Of a stretch of 64,000 nucleotides of DNA, positions 41,179 to 49,875 are shown piece after piece. Source of the stretch: Mycobacteriales bacterium. Lineage in GTDB: Bacteria; Actinomycetota; Actinomycetes; Mycobacteriales; SCTD01. The position numbers and the translations under genes were made by a program. Where the stretch lies: positions 17,730 through 81,729 of the forward strand of contig DASTLY010000146.1 of assembly GCA_035714445.1 (NCBI GenBank), in the 5' to 3' direction. Under the pieces are notes generated by a model that saw only the letters and a program-made list of their open reading frames with translations, was not told where the DNA came from and ran no database searches. How positions within the stretch are numbered: position 1 is the first letter of the stretch; each line of letters starts with the position of its first letter.

Positions 41179-41301
41179 TCCTCGGCGTTTCGCGCGTAGA
41201 GCGCGAGGTGCGGGCGCCAGCAGGTGGCACAGTTCCCGCACGATGACCGACAGCACGCGCGCCGCGGCACGCCGTACGCCGACGCCGCGGCGGGGGTGCG
41301 C

Positions 41302-41922
41302 ATGAGCGGTGTCCTGCGGGTCGCCCACCGCGCCGGCAACGACCTGCGGCTGCTGCCCGCGGCAATTCACGCCGGCGCGGACGTGATCGAGGCCGATGTC
41401 CACCTGCGTCGTCGCCGGCTCGAGATCCGGCACGGCCGAAGCCTGGGCCCCGTCCCGTGGCTGTGGGAGCCCTTCTACCTCGTGCGGGACCTTCGGCTTC
41501 AGCTCGCCGACCTGCGCGCGGCGACGCCGCCGGGCAGCACCCTGATGCTGGACCTCAAAGGCAGCAGCCCCCAGCTGGGCGAGCAGGTGCGCCAGGCCAT
41601 GGCCGGCGCCGAGCCGTACCTCGTCTGCAGTCGGCTCTGGCCGGCACTCGAGGCCTTCGCCAGCGAGCCGGACGTCAAGGTGGTGCATTCGGCCCGCACC
41701 CGCGGCGAGCTGCGGCGGCTGACTGCGCGGCTGCGTACACACCACACCTGGGGCGTGTCGCTGCACCGGGAGCTCCTCACCGCCGCGGGCGTGGCGGACC
41801 TGCGCAAGCAGGCCGAGATCGTGATGACCTGGCCGATCGACACGCTCGAGGCGTATGACTTCGTGGTGCGCCTGGGCGTCAACGCGGTGATCAGCAATGA
41901 CCTTGCCGTGCTGGCGAGTTGA
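41302..41922 (+). CDS. Glycerophosphodiester phosphodiesterase (GDPD)-like protein
   Basis: ATG 41302 gives MSGVLRVAHRAGNDLRLLPAAIHAGADVIEADVHL, which matches the GDPD HR..N / E.D motif layout. Confidence 0.65.
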   Translation: MSGVLRVAHRAGNDLRLLPAAIHAGADVIEADVHLRRRRLEIRHGRSLGPVPWLWEPFYLVRDLRLQLADLRAATPPGSTLMLDLKGSSPQLGEQVRQAMAGAEPYLVCSRLWPALEAFASEPDVKVVHSARTRGELRRLTARLRTHHTWGVSLHRELLTAAGVADLRKQAEIVMTWPIDTLEAYDFVVRLGVNAVISNDLAVLAS

Positions 41923-41959
41923 CCCACTCGTCACGACAGACCCCCTGCGGCCGACACGG

Positions 41960-42328
41960 CTACGCCGCGGCGGGGAGCAGCAGCTGGTGACCGGTCTGCA
42001 CCGCAGCCGTCGGCAGGTGGTTGAGCCGACGCAGCTGCGCCACCACCTCGCGGGGGTCGCGCTCCGGGGCCACCCGCCGGGCGATCGACCAGAGCGTGTC
42101 CCCCTGCTGCACCGTGACCTGTGTCAGGGCAGGGGCCGGCACCGGTCCGGGCCCGGTCGCCCGGCTGCTCGCCGAGCGGCCTGCGGCGAACGCGCCCAGC
42201 ACGATCAGCACCAGGATGAGCAGCACCAGCAGGTATCCACGGGTCGTCAGGTGCACCCCCGCTCGGGAGCGGGGCACGGCGGCAGGTGCGGGCCGGTGCG
42301 TGCGGGTGCGGGTGGCGATGCTGCTCAT
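41960..42328 (-). CDS. LysM peptidoglycan-binding membrane protein (Rv2719c-like, SOS-regulated)
   Basis: ATG 42328 follows GAGGGAGAG. It has a single TM helix (GYLLVLLILVLIVLGAF) and a C-terminal LysM domain (VTVQQGDTLWSIARRV...LRRLNHL). It is divergent from lexA, as in mycobacteria. Confidence 0.85.
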   Translation of the reverse strand: MSSIATRTRTHRPAPAAVPRSRAGVHLTTRGYLLVLLILVLIVLGAFAAGRSASSRATGPGPVPAPALTQVTVQQGDTLWSIARRVAPERDPREVVAQLRRLNHLPTAAVQTGHQLLLPAAA

Positions 42329-42364
42329 CGGGCTCTCCCTCGGTTCGTCACGTGCCCGGTGTCC

Positions 42365-42396
42365 CCGAACGCGCGTTCGATCGAACGTCTGCTCGA
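42365..42396. promoter_or_regulatory. Two abutting LexA (SOS) boxes
   Basis: CCGAACGCGCGTTCGA is at 42365-42380 and TCGAACGTCTGCTCGA at 42381-42396. The actinobacterial consensus is TCGAAC-N4-GTTCGA. The boxes lie 37-68 nt upstream of the LysM gene. Confidence 0.85.
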
Positions 42397-42433
42397 AGTT
42401 GTACCGCACGGGTCCGACAAAGTCGCGACACGT

Positions 42434-42449
42434 TCGAACAGATGTTTGA
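42434..42449. promoter_or_regulatory. LexA (SOS) box upstream of lexA
   Basis: TCGAACAGATGTTTGA has one mismatch to TCGAAC-N4-GTTCGA. It lies 73 nt upstream of the lexA GTG 42522. Confidence 0.85.
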
Positions 42450-42521
42450 GTTCGAGCCCGGACAGGTCTAGCGTTCGGCCGTGATCACGGGGCGACAGCC
42501 CCACGAGCTGAGGAGCCAGAC

Positions 42522-43223
42522 GTGTCGACGAAGGAGCCCACGACGGTGCGCAACCTGCCCGATGGGCCGGCGGACGAGGCCGGGCTGACGCCCCGCCAGC
42601 GCAAGGTGCTCGAGGTCATCCGGGAGTCGGTCGAGCGCCGCGGCTACCCACCCACGGTCCGGGAGATCGGCGTAGCGGTCGGTCTTACCAGCACCTCGAG
42701 CGTGTCTCACCAGCTGATGACGCTGCAGAAGAAGGGGTTCCTCCGTCGCGACCCCAGCCGGCCGCGGGCGGTCGACGTGAGGCTGCCCGGCGACGCCGCG
42801 GCCGCCGACCGCGCCGTCGACGAGGCGGCCGAGCGGGCCGCCCATCCGCAGCCGGCTTACGTCCCCGTGCTGGGCCGCATCGCGGCCGGCGGACCGATCC
42901 TGGCCGAGCAAGCCGTCGAGGACGTGTTCCCGCTCCCCCGTGAGCTGGTGGGAAGCGGCACCCTGTTCCTGCTCAGGGTGGTGGGCGACTCCATGATCGA
43001 GTCAGCGATCGCGGACGGCGACTGGGTCGTCGTGCGTCAGCAGCCCGCCGCCGAGAACGGCGACATCGTCGCCGCGATGATCGACGGGGAGGCGACGGTC
43101 AAGACGTACAAGCGGCACGGCGGACACGTCTGGCTCATGCCGTCAAACGCGAACTACGCGCCGATCGCGGGTGACAACGCCGTCGTCCTCGGGCGGGTCG
43201 TCACGGTGCTCCGCAAGGTGTGA
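42522..43223 (+). CDS. lexA: LexA repressor
   Basis: The protein is 233 aa. It has a winged HTH ([44 protein letters not shown]), the cleavage site region [14 protein letters not shown], and the S24 peptidase Ser/Lys (GDSM ... VKTY). Confidence 0.96.
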   Translation: MSTKEPTTVRNLPDGPADEAGLTPRQRKVLEVIRESVERRGYPPTVREIGVAVGLTSTSSVSHQLMTLQKKGFLRRDPSRPRAVDVRLPGDAAAADRAVDEAAERAAHPQPAYVPVLGRIAAGGPILAEQAVEDVFPLPRELVGSGTLFLLRVVGDSMIESAIADGDWVVVRQQPAAENGDIVAAMIDGEATVKTYKRHGGHVWLMPSNANYAPIAGDNAVVLGRVVTVLRKV

Positions 43224-43229
43224 GCCGCA

Positions 43230-43263
43230 GGCCGGCCCCACGGGTCAGCCCGTGGGGCCGGCC
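43230..43263. terminator. 15-bp-stem hairpin shared by convergent lexA and the PKD-like gene
   Basis: GGCCGGCCCCACGGG-TCAG-CCCGTGGGGCCGGCC is a perfect inverted repeat starting 7 nt after the lexA stop. The right arm encodes the last codons of the minus-strand gene. Confidence 0.7.
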
Positions 43264-44126
43264 TCCAGCTGGGTCCGGGCCTGCTCGACCGGCAGCTGCT
43301 GAGCCTGGCCAGGCACGTCCGCCTCGCCGTCCAGCTCGTAGACGGTGGGGCTGTCGCCGATGGTGAACGTGCCCGTGTAGAAGCACCGCAGCGACACCGA
43401 CATCGGGCCCGCGGTCCGGTAGACGTGCTCGGTGCGCAGCGCACCCGGGCTCGCGGACGCGGTCTGGCCGTCGCCAAAGACCCAGACGTAACGCGAGGCG
43501 CTCACACTGACGGTGACGGGGTAGCCGAGGATGGTGCGGGGCGGCAGCGCGAACTGGGCCGGCATGTCACTGGTGAACAGCGTGACCGCCCCGGCCAAGG
43601 TGCCCGCTGCTGGCTGGGTCGTCACAGTCGCCGCCGGAATTGGGTACGAGCGCCATTCACGACGGACCTGCGCCTCCACCGCGATCAGTGGATCGACGCC
43701 GGGTTGGTCCGCGCCGTAACACTCCACGCCGGGCCGGCGCACCGGAGCGCCATAAGCGCCGCTTACCTCGTTCCACGTTTGCACGTACACCCAGAACTGG
43801 ATGTCGCCCTCAACGTCGCAGCTGTTGAGGGCCAGCCCACACAACCCGTTCGCCTCGGTCGCGCTATTGCCCGGGCAGGTCGGCACGTAGACCAGCCGCG
43901 GAGGATGCGCGTCGATCGGCTGGCGACGGCCGATTGGTTCTCCTGGGCCACTTGGGGAGCCTGGCCTGCAGGTCGGCAGGCCGGCGTGACAAGACACGCC
44001 ACGACATCTTCCTGGCGGTTCGGGTGGCCCACAACTCGAAGCAGCGACTGCCTCTGGTGCCAAGATCGCCAAGGGGCCCGCGAGCAGGAGGAGGAGACCG
44101 GCCGCAAGGCGCTTCCGCTTCGTCAT
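43245..44126 (-). CDS. Secreted Cys-rich protein with PKD-like C-terminal domain
   Basis: ATG 44126 gives MTKRKRLAAGLLLLLAGPLAILAPEAVAA, a signal peptide. About 10 Cys occur in the first 120 mature residues. The C-terminal RYVWVFGDGQTASASPGALRTEHVYRTAGPMSVSLRCFY resembles the PKD WxFGDG...HxY signature. G+C is lower than in the flanks. Confidence 0.65.
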   Translation of the reverse strand: MTKRKRLAAGLLLLLAGPLAILAPEAVAASSCGPPEPPGRCRGVSCHAGLPTCRPGSPSGPGEPIGRRQPIDAHPPRLVYVPTCPGNSATEANGLCGLALNSCDVEGDIQFWVYVQTWNEVSGAYGAPVRRPGVECYGADQPGVDPLIAVEAQVRREWRSYPIPAATVTTQPAAGTLAGAVTLFTSDMPAQFALPPRTILGYPVTVSVSASRYVWVFGDGQTASASPGALRTEHVYRTAGPMSVSLRCFYTGTFTIGDSPTVYELDGEADVPGQAQQLPVEQARTQLEAGPTG

Positions 44127-44695
44127 CCTTGATAGAATTCGGTCACGAGCCACCGACCTGATGCGTTAGAGACTTCAGTGTGTAGTGTCGCCTCGGAAAG
44201 CGCGGGAACCGTTTCGATTAGAACGTCGTTTCTATCGTAGGCGTCGAGTCGTTCGTAACTGACCCTAGCTGAAACGGTGGTTGCTTTCGACTCTAACGGC
44301 GGCGCTACCGCGTCAACTATTGAGATGCGGCCACCGCGGTAAGACTCACCTGCCGCTGCGGATTGCCTGAGGGAGGCTACGTGATTCGCGCACGATCTAC
44401 AGCCCGGCGCCGCTAAGTCAGCGATCGCCGCTGAGTCAACCCGGCGATAGGCGTCATTCAAGACGTCCACCCAATACAGAGCAAAGGCGGTGGCGCTTTC
44501 AGCAGAGCCGTCGCCAACCGGTGGTGGTAGCGGCAGGTTACTGACCGGGCCCGGCGTCGGAGCGGCAGAGGCAGCCGAGCCGGTGGTTGGCGCAGCGGTG
44601 CCTAATGGCGGCAGCACCGCGGGGGACGACGTCGGCTCCGACCCGCACGCGGACAGGACAAGGCCGAGAGCCAGAGCTGGGACAAAGCGTTGCAT
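44123..44695 (-). CDS. Lipoprotein, DUF6318-like
   Basis: ATG 44695 gives MQRFVPALALGLVLSAC with a lipobox (LSAC), then a Pro/Ser/Thr linker. A globular domain follows, with FALYWVDVLNDAYRRVDSAAIADLAAPGCRSCANHV. The stop overlaps the downstream ATG as ATGA. The 3' half is markedly AT-richer than the rest of the window. Confidence 0.65.
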   Translation of the reverse strand: MQRFVPALALGLVLSACGSEPTSSPAVLPPLGTAAPTTGSAASAAPTPGPVSNLPLPPPVGDGSAESATAFALYWVDVLNDAYRRVDSAAIADLAAPGCRSCANHVASLRQSAAAGESYRGGRISIVDAVAPPLESKATTVSARVSYERLDAYDRNDVLIETVPALSEATLHTEVSNASGRWLVTEFYQG

Positions 44696-44857
44696 CGCGG
44701 CAGCGTAGGTGCCGCAGCCCCCACCCCCCGGATGCCTGTGGACAGTCACCCGAATGGCCCAGCCTTGTCGGCGGCCCGCCTGCAACAGCCCGCAGTAGGG
44801 GGCGGCACCCACCACCGTAAGCACGGCCCCACGCCGTGCAGCCCGCCCGCGATGACG

Positions 44858-45538
44858 CTAGCCAGGCAGCTGCCCGACGACCACCAGTCGCCCATCGGGG
44901 TCGCGGACAGCCACCCCCATGCGCTGCCAGTACGGGTTCGCCGGCGTCTCCGCGGAGACGCCGGCAGCCACGAGCCGGTCGCGGACGACCGCGACATCGG
45001 CGGCGGTCGGCAGGTACACCACCAGCAGGTCGTCACCGGTGGCCGCGACCGGCGTCGCGCCACCGGCGGTCAGCTCCAGCTGCGCGCCGCCCGGCAGGTC
45101 GATGATGACCAGCTCGAAGGGCGTCGCCGCGTGCGGGCCGTCGAAGGCGAAGCCCAGCAGGCGGCCGTAGAAGGCGACGGCCGCCGGGATCGAGCGGGTC
45201 GGGTGGGCAACCCGGGTGCGCACCCAGCGCAGGTCGGGCAGCTCCTCCAGCACGGAGGTGCCGGCGGCGGACGGGACCTCCCAGGACTCGTGCACCCGCA
45301 GGCGGCCGTCGGCCAGCAGCTCCAGGCGCGCCTCGGCGCGCCCAACGGTGATCACGCCGTTGCGCTCGATCTGGCTGAAGCCGAACTCGAGGTCGGCCCC
45401 GTCGCGGCGACCGGCGAGGGTGCCGGCCACCACCGAGCCACCGGAGTAGCTGGCCGTGACCGTGCCCTCGCGGTCCTCGCGGAACGTCAGGACCCGGTCG
45501 GCCTCGGTGAAGCGTCGGCCGTCGAGCGAGGGGATCAA
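44858..45538 (-). CDS. VOC (glyoxalase/bleomycin-resistance fold) family protein with an N-terminal extra domain
   Basis: The C-terminal half VAHPTRSIPAAVAFYGRLLGF...VAVRDPDGRLVVV fits the VOC fold. The start is uncertain: the TTG at 45538 overlaps the hflX stop. Confidence 0.7.
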   Translation of the reverse strand: MIPSLDGRRFTEADRVLTFREDREGTVTASYSGGSVVAGTLAGRRDGADLEFGFSQIERNGVITVGRAEARLELLADGRLRVHESWEVPSAAGTSVLEELPDLRWVRTRVAHPTRSIPAAVAFYGRLLGFAFDGPHAATPFELVIIDLPGGAQLELTAGGATPVAATGDDLLVVYLPTAADVAVVRDRLVAAGVSAETPANPYWQRMGVAVRDPDGRLVVVGQLPG

Positions 45539-47052
45539 GGGCTGGCGTACGCCGAGAGCTCGACGGCGAGCTGGCGGCCGACGCGCGCCGACAGGTGGGT
45601 GCCCTCGCCGAGGTGCTCCTCGGTGAGCACCTCGCCCTCGGAGTGGATCCGGGAGACCAGGGCGCCGGAGACGTACGGCAGGACGACGTCGACGAGGACG
45701 TCGGGGTGCGGCACCTCGTCCTCGAGGATCTGCAGCAGCTCGGGCAGTCCCTCGCCGGTCTTGGCAGACACCAGCACGGCGTGCTTCTCGCGGCGCTGCA
45801 GACGGCCGAGCACCAGCGGGTCGGCGACGTCTGCCTTGTTGACGACGACGACCTCGGGGATACCGGCGGCGCCGATGTCGGCGAACACCCCGCGTACGGC
45901 GGCGAGCTGGCCCTCGGGGTCGGGGTGCGAGCCGTCGACGACGTGCAGGACCAGGTCGGCGCCCGAGACCTCCTCCAGCGTCGACCGGAACGCCTCGACG
46001 AGCTGGTGCGGCAGCAGCCGGACGAAGCCCACCGTGTCGGTCAGGGTGAACTCGCGGCCGGCCGGGGTCTGCGCCTTGCGCACGGTCGGGTCCAGGGTGG
46101 CGAACAGCGCGTCCTCGACGAGCACACCGGCGCCGGTCAGCCGGTTGAGCAGCGAGCTCTTGCCCGCGTTGGTGTAGCCGGCGATGGCGACGCTCGGCAC
46201 CGAGTTGCGCTCGCGCTCCTGGCGCTTGACGTCACGCGCCGTCTTCATGAGCTTGATCTCGCCGGCCAGCTTGGCCTTGCGGCTGCGGATCCGTCGCCGG
46301 TCGGTCTCGATCTTGGTCTCGCCCGGTCCGCGGGTCCCGACGCCGCCGGAGCCGGAGCCGCCCGCGCCACCGCCCTGCCGCGACAGGCTCTCGCCCCAGC
46401 CACGCAGCCGGGGCAGCATGTAGGTCATCTGCGCCAGCTCGACCTGGGCCTTGCCCTCCCGGGAGGTGGCGTGCTGGGCGAAGATGTCGAGGATCAGCCA
46501 GGTCCGGTCGATGACCTTGACCTTGACGATCTCCTCGAGGCTGCGCAGCTGGCCGGGGGTCAGCTCGCCGTCGCAGATGACGGTGTCGGCGCCGGTCGAC
46601 AGGACCGCGTCGCGCAGCTCCTTGGCCTTGCCCGAGCCGACGAACGTCTTCGGGTCCGGCTTCTCGCGGCGCTGCGCCAGCCCTTCGAGCACCTCGCAGC
46701 CGGCGGTCTCGGCCAGTGCCTGCAGCTCCGCGAGGGAGTTCTCCGCGGTGGTCGCGTCGCCGGTGTAGACGCCCATGAGCACGACGCGCTCCAGCCGTAG
46801 CTGGCGGTACTCGACCTCGGAGATGTCCTCGAGGTCGGTGCGGATGCCGGCGACGCGGCGCAGCGACTGACGCTCCTCGAGCTCGAAGCCTTCGCCTTCG
46901 AGGTCGTGGAACAGCTCGTCGGGCAGCTCGCCGTCGAGGTGGATGGTGGGGTCGGAGACCGGGGAGGCAGGTGCAGCAGTCATCGACTGGTGAACGCCGC
47001 GCGCTGGTGTCGTCATCCCGATCAGAGTGGCACGCTTGGACGCCGAAAGCAC
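45535..47052 (-). CDS. hflX: GTPase HflX
   Basis: It has the HflX N-domain (DRTWLILDIFAQHATSREGKAQVELAQ), then G1 GYTNAGKSSL, G3 DTVGF and G4 NKAD. Confidence 0.94.
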   Translation of the reverse strand: MLSASKRATLIGMTTPARGVHQSMTAAPASPVSDPTIHLDGELPDELFHDLEGEGFELEERQSLRRVAGIRTDLEDISEVEYRQLRLERVVLMGVYTGDATTAENSLAELQALAETAGCEVLEGLAQRREKPDPKTFVGSGKAKELRDAVLSTGADTVICDGELTPGQLRSLEEIVKVKVIDRTWLILDIFAQHATSREGKAQVELAQMTYMLPRLRGWGESLSRQGGGAGGSGSGGVGTRGPGETKIETDRRRIRSRKAKLAGEIKLMKTARDVKRQERERNSVPSVAIAGYTNAGKSSLLNRLTGAGVLVEDALFATLDPTVRKAQTPAGREFTLTDTVGFVRLLPHQLVEAFRSTLEEVSGADLVLHVVDGSHPDPEGQLAAVRGVFADIGAAGIPEVVVVNKADVADPLVLGRLQRREKHAVLVSAKTGEGLPELLQILEDEVPHPDVLVDVVLPYVSGALVSRIHSEGEVLTEEHLGEGTHLSARVGRQLAVELSAYASP

Positions 47053-47058
47053 CTGAGT

Positions 47059-47787
47059 TCAGCCCGGCAGGGCCCGCAGGCCCTCGACGAGCTCGACCCG
47101 CTCTGCGGCGGTCAGGGCCGCGAAGGCCGGTCGTACCAGCAGGTCGGTGCGCGCCTCGGCGGCGGCCATCGCGTCCCGCGCGAGCTCCGGGTCGGGCCAC
47201 GGCTCGGGCCACGCGAAGAACCGGGCGTTGTCGGCGCCGTACCGGCCGGACATGACGGCCTGGAGCGGGCCGACGCCCTCGGCGACGACCGCCACCAGGT
47301 GCAGCGCGCCGCGGTGCTCGCGCATCACCTGCAGCGCGAGCGCCAGCCGCCCGGCGTCGTCCGGAGCCAGGCCCTTGGCCAACGCCCGCCAGCCGGCGAA
47401 CACCGGCAGCCCGGCGGGCTCGACGACATCGGCCGCGGCGTCGAGCAGGTCGGCGAGCCGGCCGGGCGCGGGCACCTGCGCGAACGTCGTACGGCCCCAG
47501 GCCGCGCAGGCGAGGGCGTACTCACGGGCCATCTCGCCGACCGGGAGCACGTCCCGCCCCCGGTCCCAGGCCTTGCGCTGCAGCGCCGGCGGGAAGAAGC
47601 CGAAGGCCGCGATGCAGGCGTCCGCCTCGCCGTCGCCGAGCACCCCGCCGCGGCCGCAGTGGTACCAGCTCCAGCCTCTGAGGCCGAGTGCGGTGCCGCG
47701 CGCCGCGACCGCCGGATCGAACATCCAGGCGCCACCCAGCCGCCCGACCGGCTCGGCAACGGCGCGTACGGCCTCCTCGGGCGTCAC
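47059..47787 (-). CDS. Conserved actinobacterial hypothetical protein (SCO6745-like)
   Basis: GTG 47787 overlaps the dapF TGA (GTGA). It has protein-like composition. The family name is from memory of similar sequences only. Confidence 0.5.
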   Translation of the reverse strand: MTPEEAVRAVAEPVGRLGGAWMFDPAVAARGTALGLRGWSWYHCGRGGVLGDGEADACIAAFGFFPPALQRKAWDRGRDVLPVGEMAREYALACAAWGRTTFAQVPAPGRLADLLDAAADVVEPAGLPVFAGWRALAKGLAPDDAGRLALALQVMREHRGALHLVAVVAEGVGPLQAVMSGRYGADNARFFAWPEPWPDPELARDAMAAAEARTDLLVRPAFAALTAAERVELVEGLRALPG

Positions 47788-48551
47788 GGCCACAGCCAGT
47801 CGTCCCGCAGCTCGCCCTCGGCGACCAGGACGGCAGGCCCGTCGAGCAGCACGTGACCGTCCGGCCGCCAGGTCACCACCAGGGTGCCGCCGGGCACGTC
47901 GACGCGGTACGGCTCCCCCCGCCCGCTCGCCGTCCGCAGCACCTCCGACACCACGACCGCGCACGCGCCGGTGCCGCACGAGCGCGTCTCCCCCACGCCG
48001 CGCTCGTGCACGCGCATCCGCAGGTGCCGCGGGCCGACCTGCTCGACGTACTCGACGTTGACGTCCCGCCGGTCCGGGGCCAGCACGCCCAGCGCGACGA
48101 CCGACGGCACCGGCAGGACGGCGTGCGGGTTGCCCATGTCGACGCCGGTCGCCTTCTCACCGTCCACGAGCACCGGCTCACCGACCACGGCCGGGCCCAT
48201 GTCGACGACCACCCGGTCGGCGAACACCTCGACCTGCTTGACCCCGCCCCGGGTCGCCAGGGCCATCACCCCGGGGGCGGCGAGGCCGGCGTCCACCAGG
48301 TAGCGGGCGTAGACCCGTACGCCGTTGCCGCACATCTCGGCGACGCTGCCGTCGGCGTTGCGGTAGTCCATGAAGTACGCCGCCTCGGCCGGGTCGTCGT
48401 GCCGCACCACGCGCAGGACCCCGTCGGCGCCGAGGCCGGCCCGCCGGTCGCAGATTCGCGCGACCAGGTCGGGGGTCAGCTCGAGCGCGTCGTCGAGGTC
48501 CGGGAGCAGGACGAAGTCGTTCTCGGTGCCGTGGCCCTTCAGGTACCTCAC
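47784..48551 (-). CDS. dapF: Diaminopimelate epimerase
   Basis: The N-terminus is MRYLKGHGTENDFVLLPD. It has the two catalytic Cys contexts MCGNGVRV and RSCGTGA. Confidence 0.93.
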   Translation of the reverse strand: MRYLKGHGTENDFVLLPDLDDALELTPDLVARICDRRAGLGADGVLRVVRHDDPAEAAYFMDYRNADGSVAEMCGNGVRVYARYLVDAGLAAPGVMALATRGGVKQVEVFADRVVVDMGPAVVGEPVLVDGEKATGVDMGNPHAVLPVPSVVALGVLAPDRRDVNVEYVEQVGPRHLRMRVHERGVGETRSCGTGACAVVVSEVLRTASGRGEPYRVDVPGGTLVVTWRPDGHVLLDGPAVLVAEGELRDDWLWP

Positions 48552-48568
48552 GCGGTCAGGCTAGGCCG

Positions 48569-49453
48569 TCACAGCACCGCGAGCGCGGAGTCCAGGCCGG
48601 CGCTGTCGCCGGGCAGCCAGTGGATGCGGGGGTCGCGGCGGAACCAGGCGCGCTGCCGCCGGACGAACCTGCGCGTGGCGGTGACCGTCGCCGCCCGCGC
48701 CTGCTCCTCGGACAGCCGGCCGTCGAGCTGCGCCAGGGCCTGGGCGTAGCCGAGCGCGCGGGACGCGGTGACCCCGTGGCGCAGGCCGTGGGCCGCCAGC
48801 GCCTCGACCTCGCCCACCAGGCCGCGCTCCCACATCCGGTCCACGCGCTGCGCGACGCGCTCGCCGAGGTCGTCGCGGTCCAGCCCGATCTGGACGACGT
48901 CGTACACCGACGTGTAGGTCGTGAGCTCGCCCGGCACCGGACCGCCCAGCGCCAGGACCTCGAGGGCGCGGACGACGCGGCGCCCGTTGCCCGGCTCCAT
49001 GCGGGCGGCGGCCGGCGGGTCCAGCGCTGCCAGCCGGGCGTGCAGGGCGTACGGGCCGAGCGCCGCGAGCTCGGCCTCCAGCGCGGAGCGCACCGCCGGG
49101 TCGGTGCCCGGGAAGCGCAGGTCGTCGAGCGCCGCCCGCAGGTAGAGCCCCGAGCCACCGACCAGCACCGGGGTGACGCCCCGGGCCAGCAGGCCGTCCA
49201 GCACCTGCCGGCACAGCAGCTGGTAGTCGGCGGCCGTCGCCGTCCGCGTGACCGGCCAGACGTCGAGCAGGGCGTGCGGCACGCCGCGCCGCTCCGCGGG
49301 GGTGAGTTTGGCGGTGCCGATGTCCATGCCGGCGTAGAGCTGCATGGAGTCGGCGTTGACGACCTCGCCGCCGAGGGCCAGCGCGAGCTGCACCCCGAGG
49401 TCGGACTTGCCCGTCGCGGTCGGGCCGACGACGGCGACGACCCGCGGGCTCAC
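48569..49453 (-). CDS. miaA: tRNA dimethylallyltransferase
   Basis: It has the P-loop GPTATGKS, DSMQLYAGMDIGTAK and GGSGLY. I prefer GTG 49453, which overlaps the upstream TGA, over the track start 49486. Confidence 0.93.
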   Translation of the reverse strand: MSPRVVAVVGPTATGKSDLGVQLALALGGEVVNADSMQLYAGMDIGTAKLTPAERRGVPHALLDVWPVTRTATAADYQLLCRQVLDGLLARGVTPVLVGGSGLYLRAALDDLRFPGTDPAVRSALEAELAALGPYALHARLAALDPPAAARMEPGNGRRVVRALEVLALGGPVPGELTTYTSVYDVVQIGLDRDDLGERVAQRVDRMWERGLVGEVEALAAHGLRHGVTASRALGYAQALAQLDGRLSEEQARAATVTATRRFVRRQRAWFRRDPRIHWLPGDSAGLDSALAVL

Positions 49454-49875
49454 CGCTGCAGGCCGGCCAGGCTCGTGACCGCCCACACGACGTCGCCGCC
49501 GAGCCGCAGGCGGCCGGTCAGCACCAGCCGCTTCGGGTCCTGCGCGCCCGCGGCCACCCGCAGGAAACGCACCAGGGTGGTGCGCAGCGTCGCCCGCGGC
49601 GGGTCACCGGGCTCCGCGCGGTGCTGCGCGCCGGTCGGGCCGAGCTCGAGGGCGTGCCGGTGCTCGCGACCGTCGTCGTCCAGGGCGAACAGCAGCAGGC
49701 CGGGAGCCAGCCCCGTCGCCGTCACGCGCGCCGCCCAGCCGTCGAAGACCAGCCCCAGCACGGTCGCCGTACCGATCCCGTGCACCCGGTCCCGAATCTC
49801 GTCGTCGCCGGCCTCGCGCAGGAACGCCAGGACCTCCTCCGGGGTCAGGCCCGCGAGCTCGTCGGGCAGCTCCAT
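49450..49875 (-). CDS. SCP2 sterol-binding domain-containing protein
   Basis: The protein is 141 aa. The C-terminal ...LVLTGRLRLGGDVVWAVTSLAGL is typical of SCP2-like domains. It occupies the position between miaB and miaA that is common in Actinobacteria. Confidence 0.65.
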   Translation of the reverse strand: MELPDELAGLTPEEVLAFLREAGDDEIRDRVHGIGTATVLGLVFDGWAARVTATGLAPGLLLFALDDDGREHRHALELGPTGAQHRAEPGDPPRATLRTTLVRFLRVAAGAQDPKRLVLTGRLRLGGDVVWAVTSLAGLQR

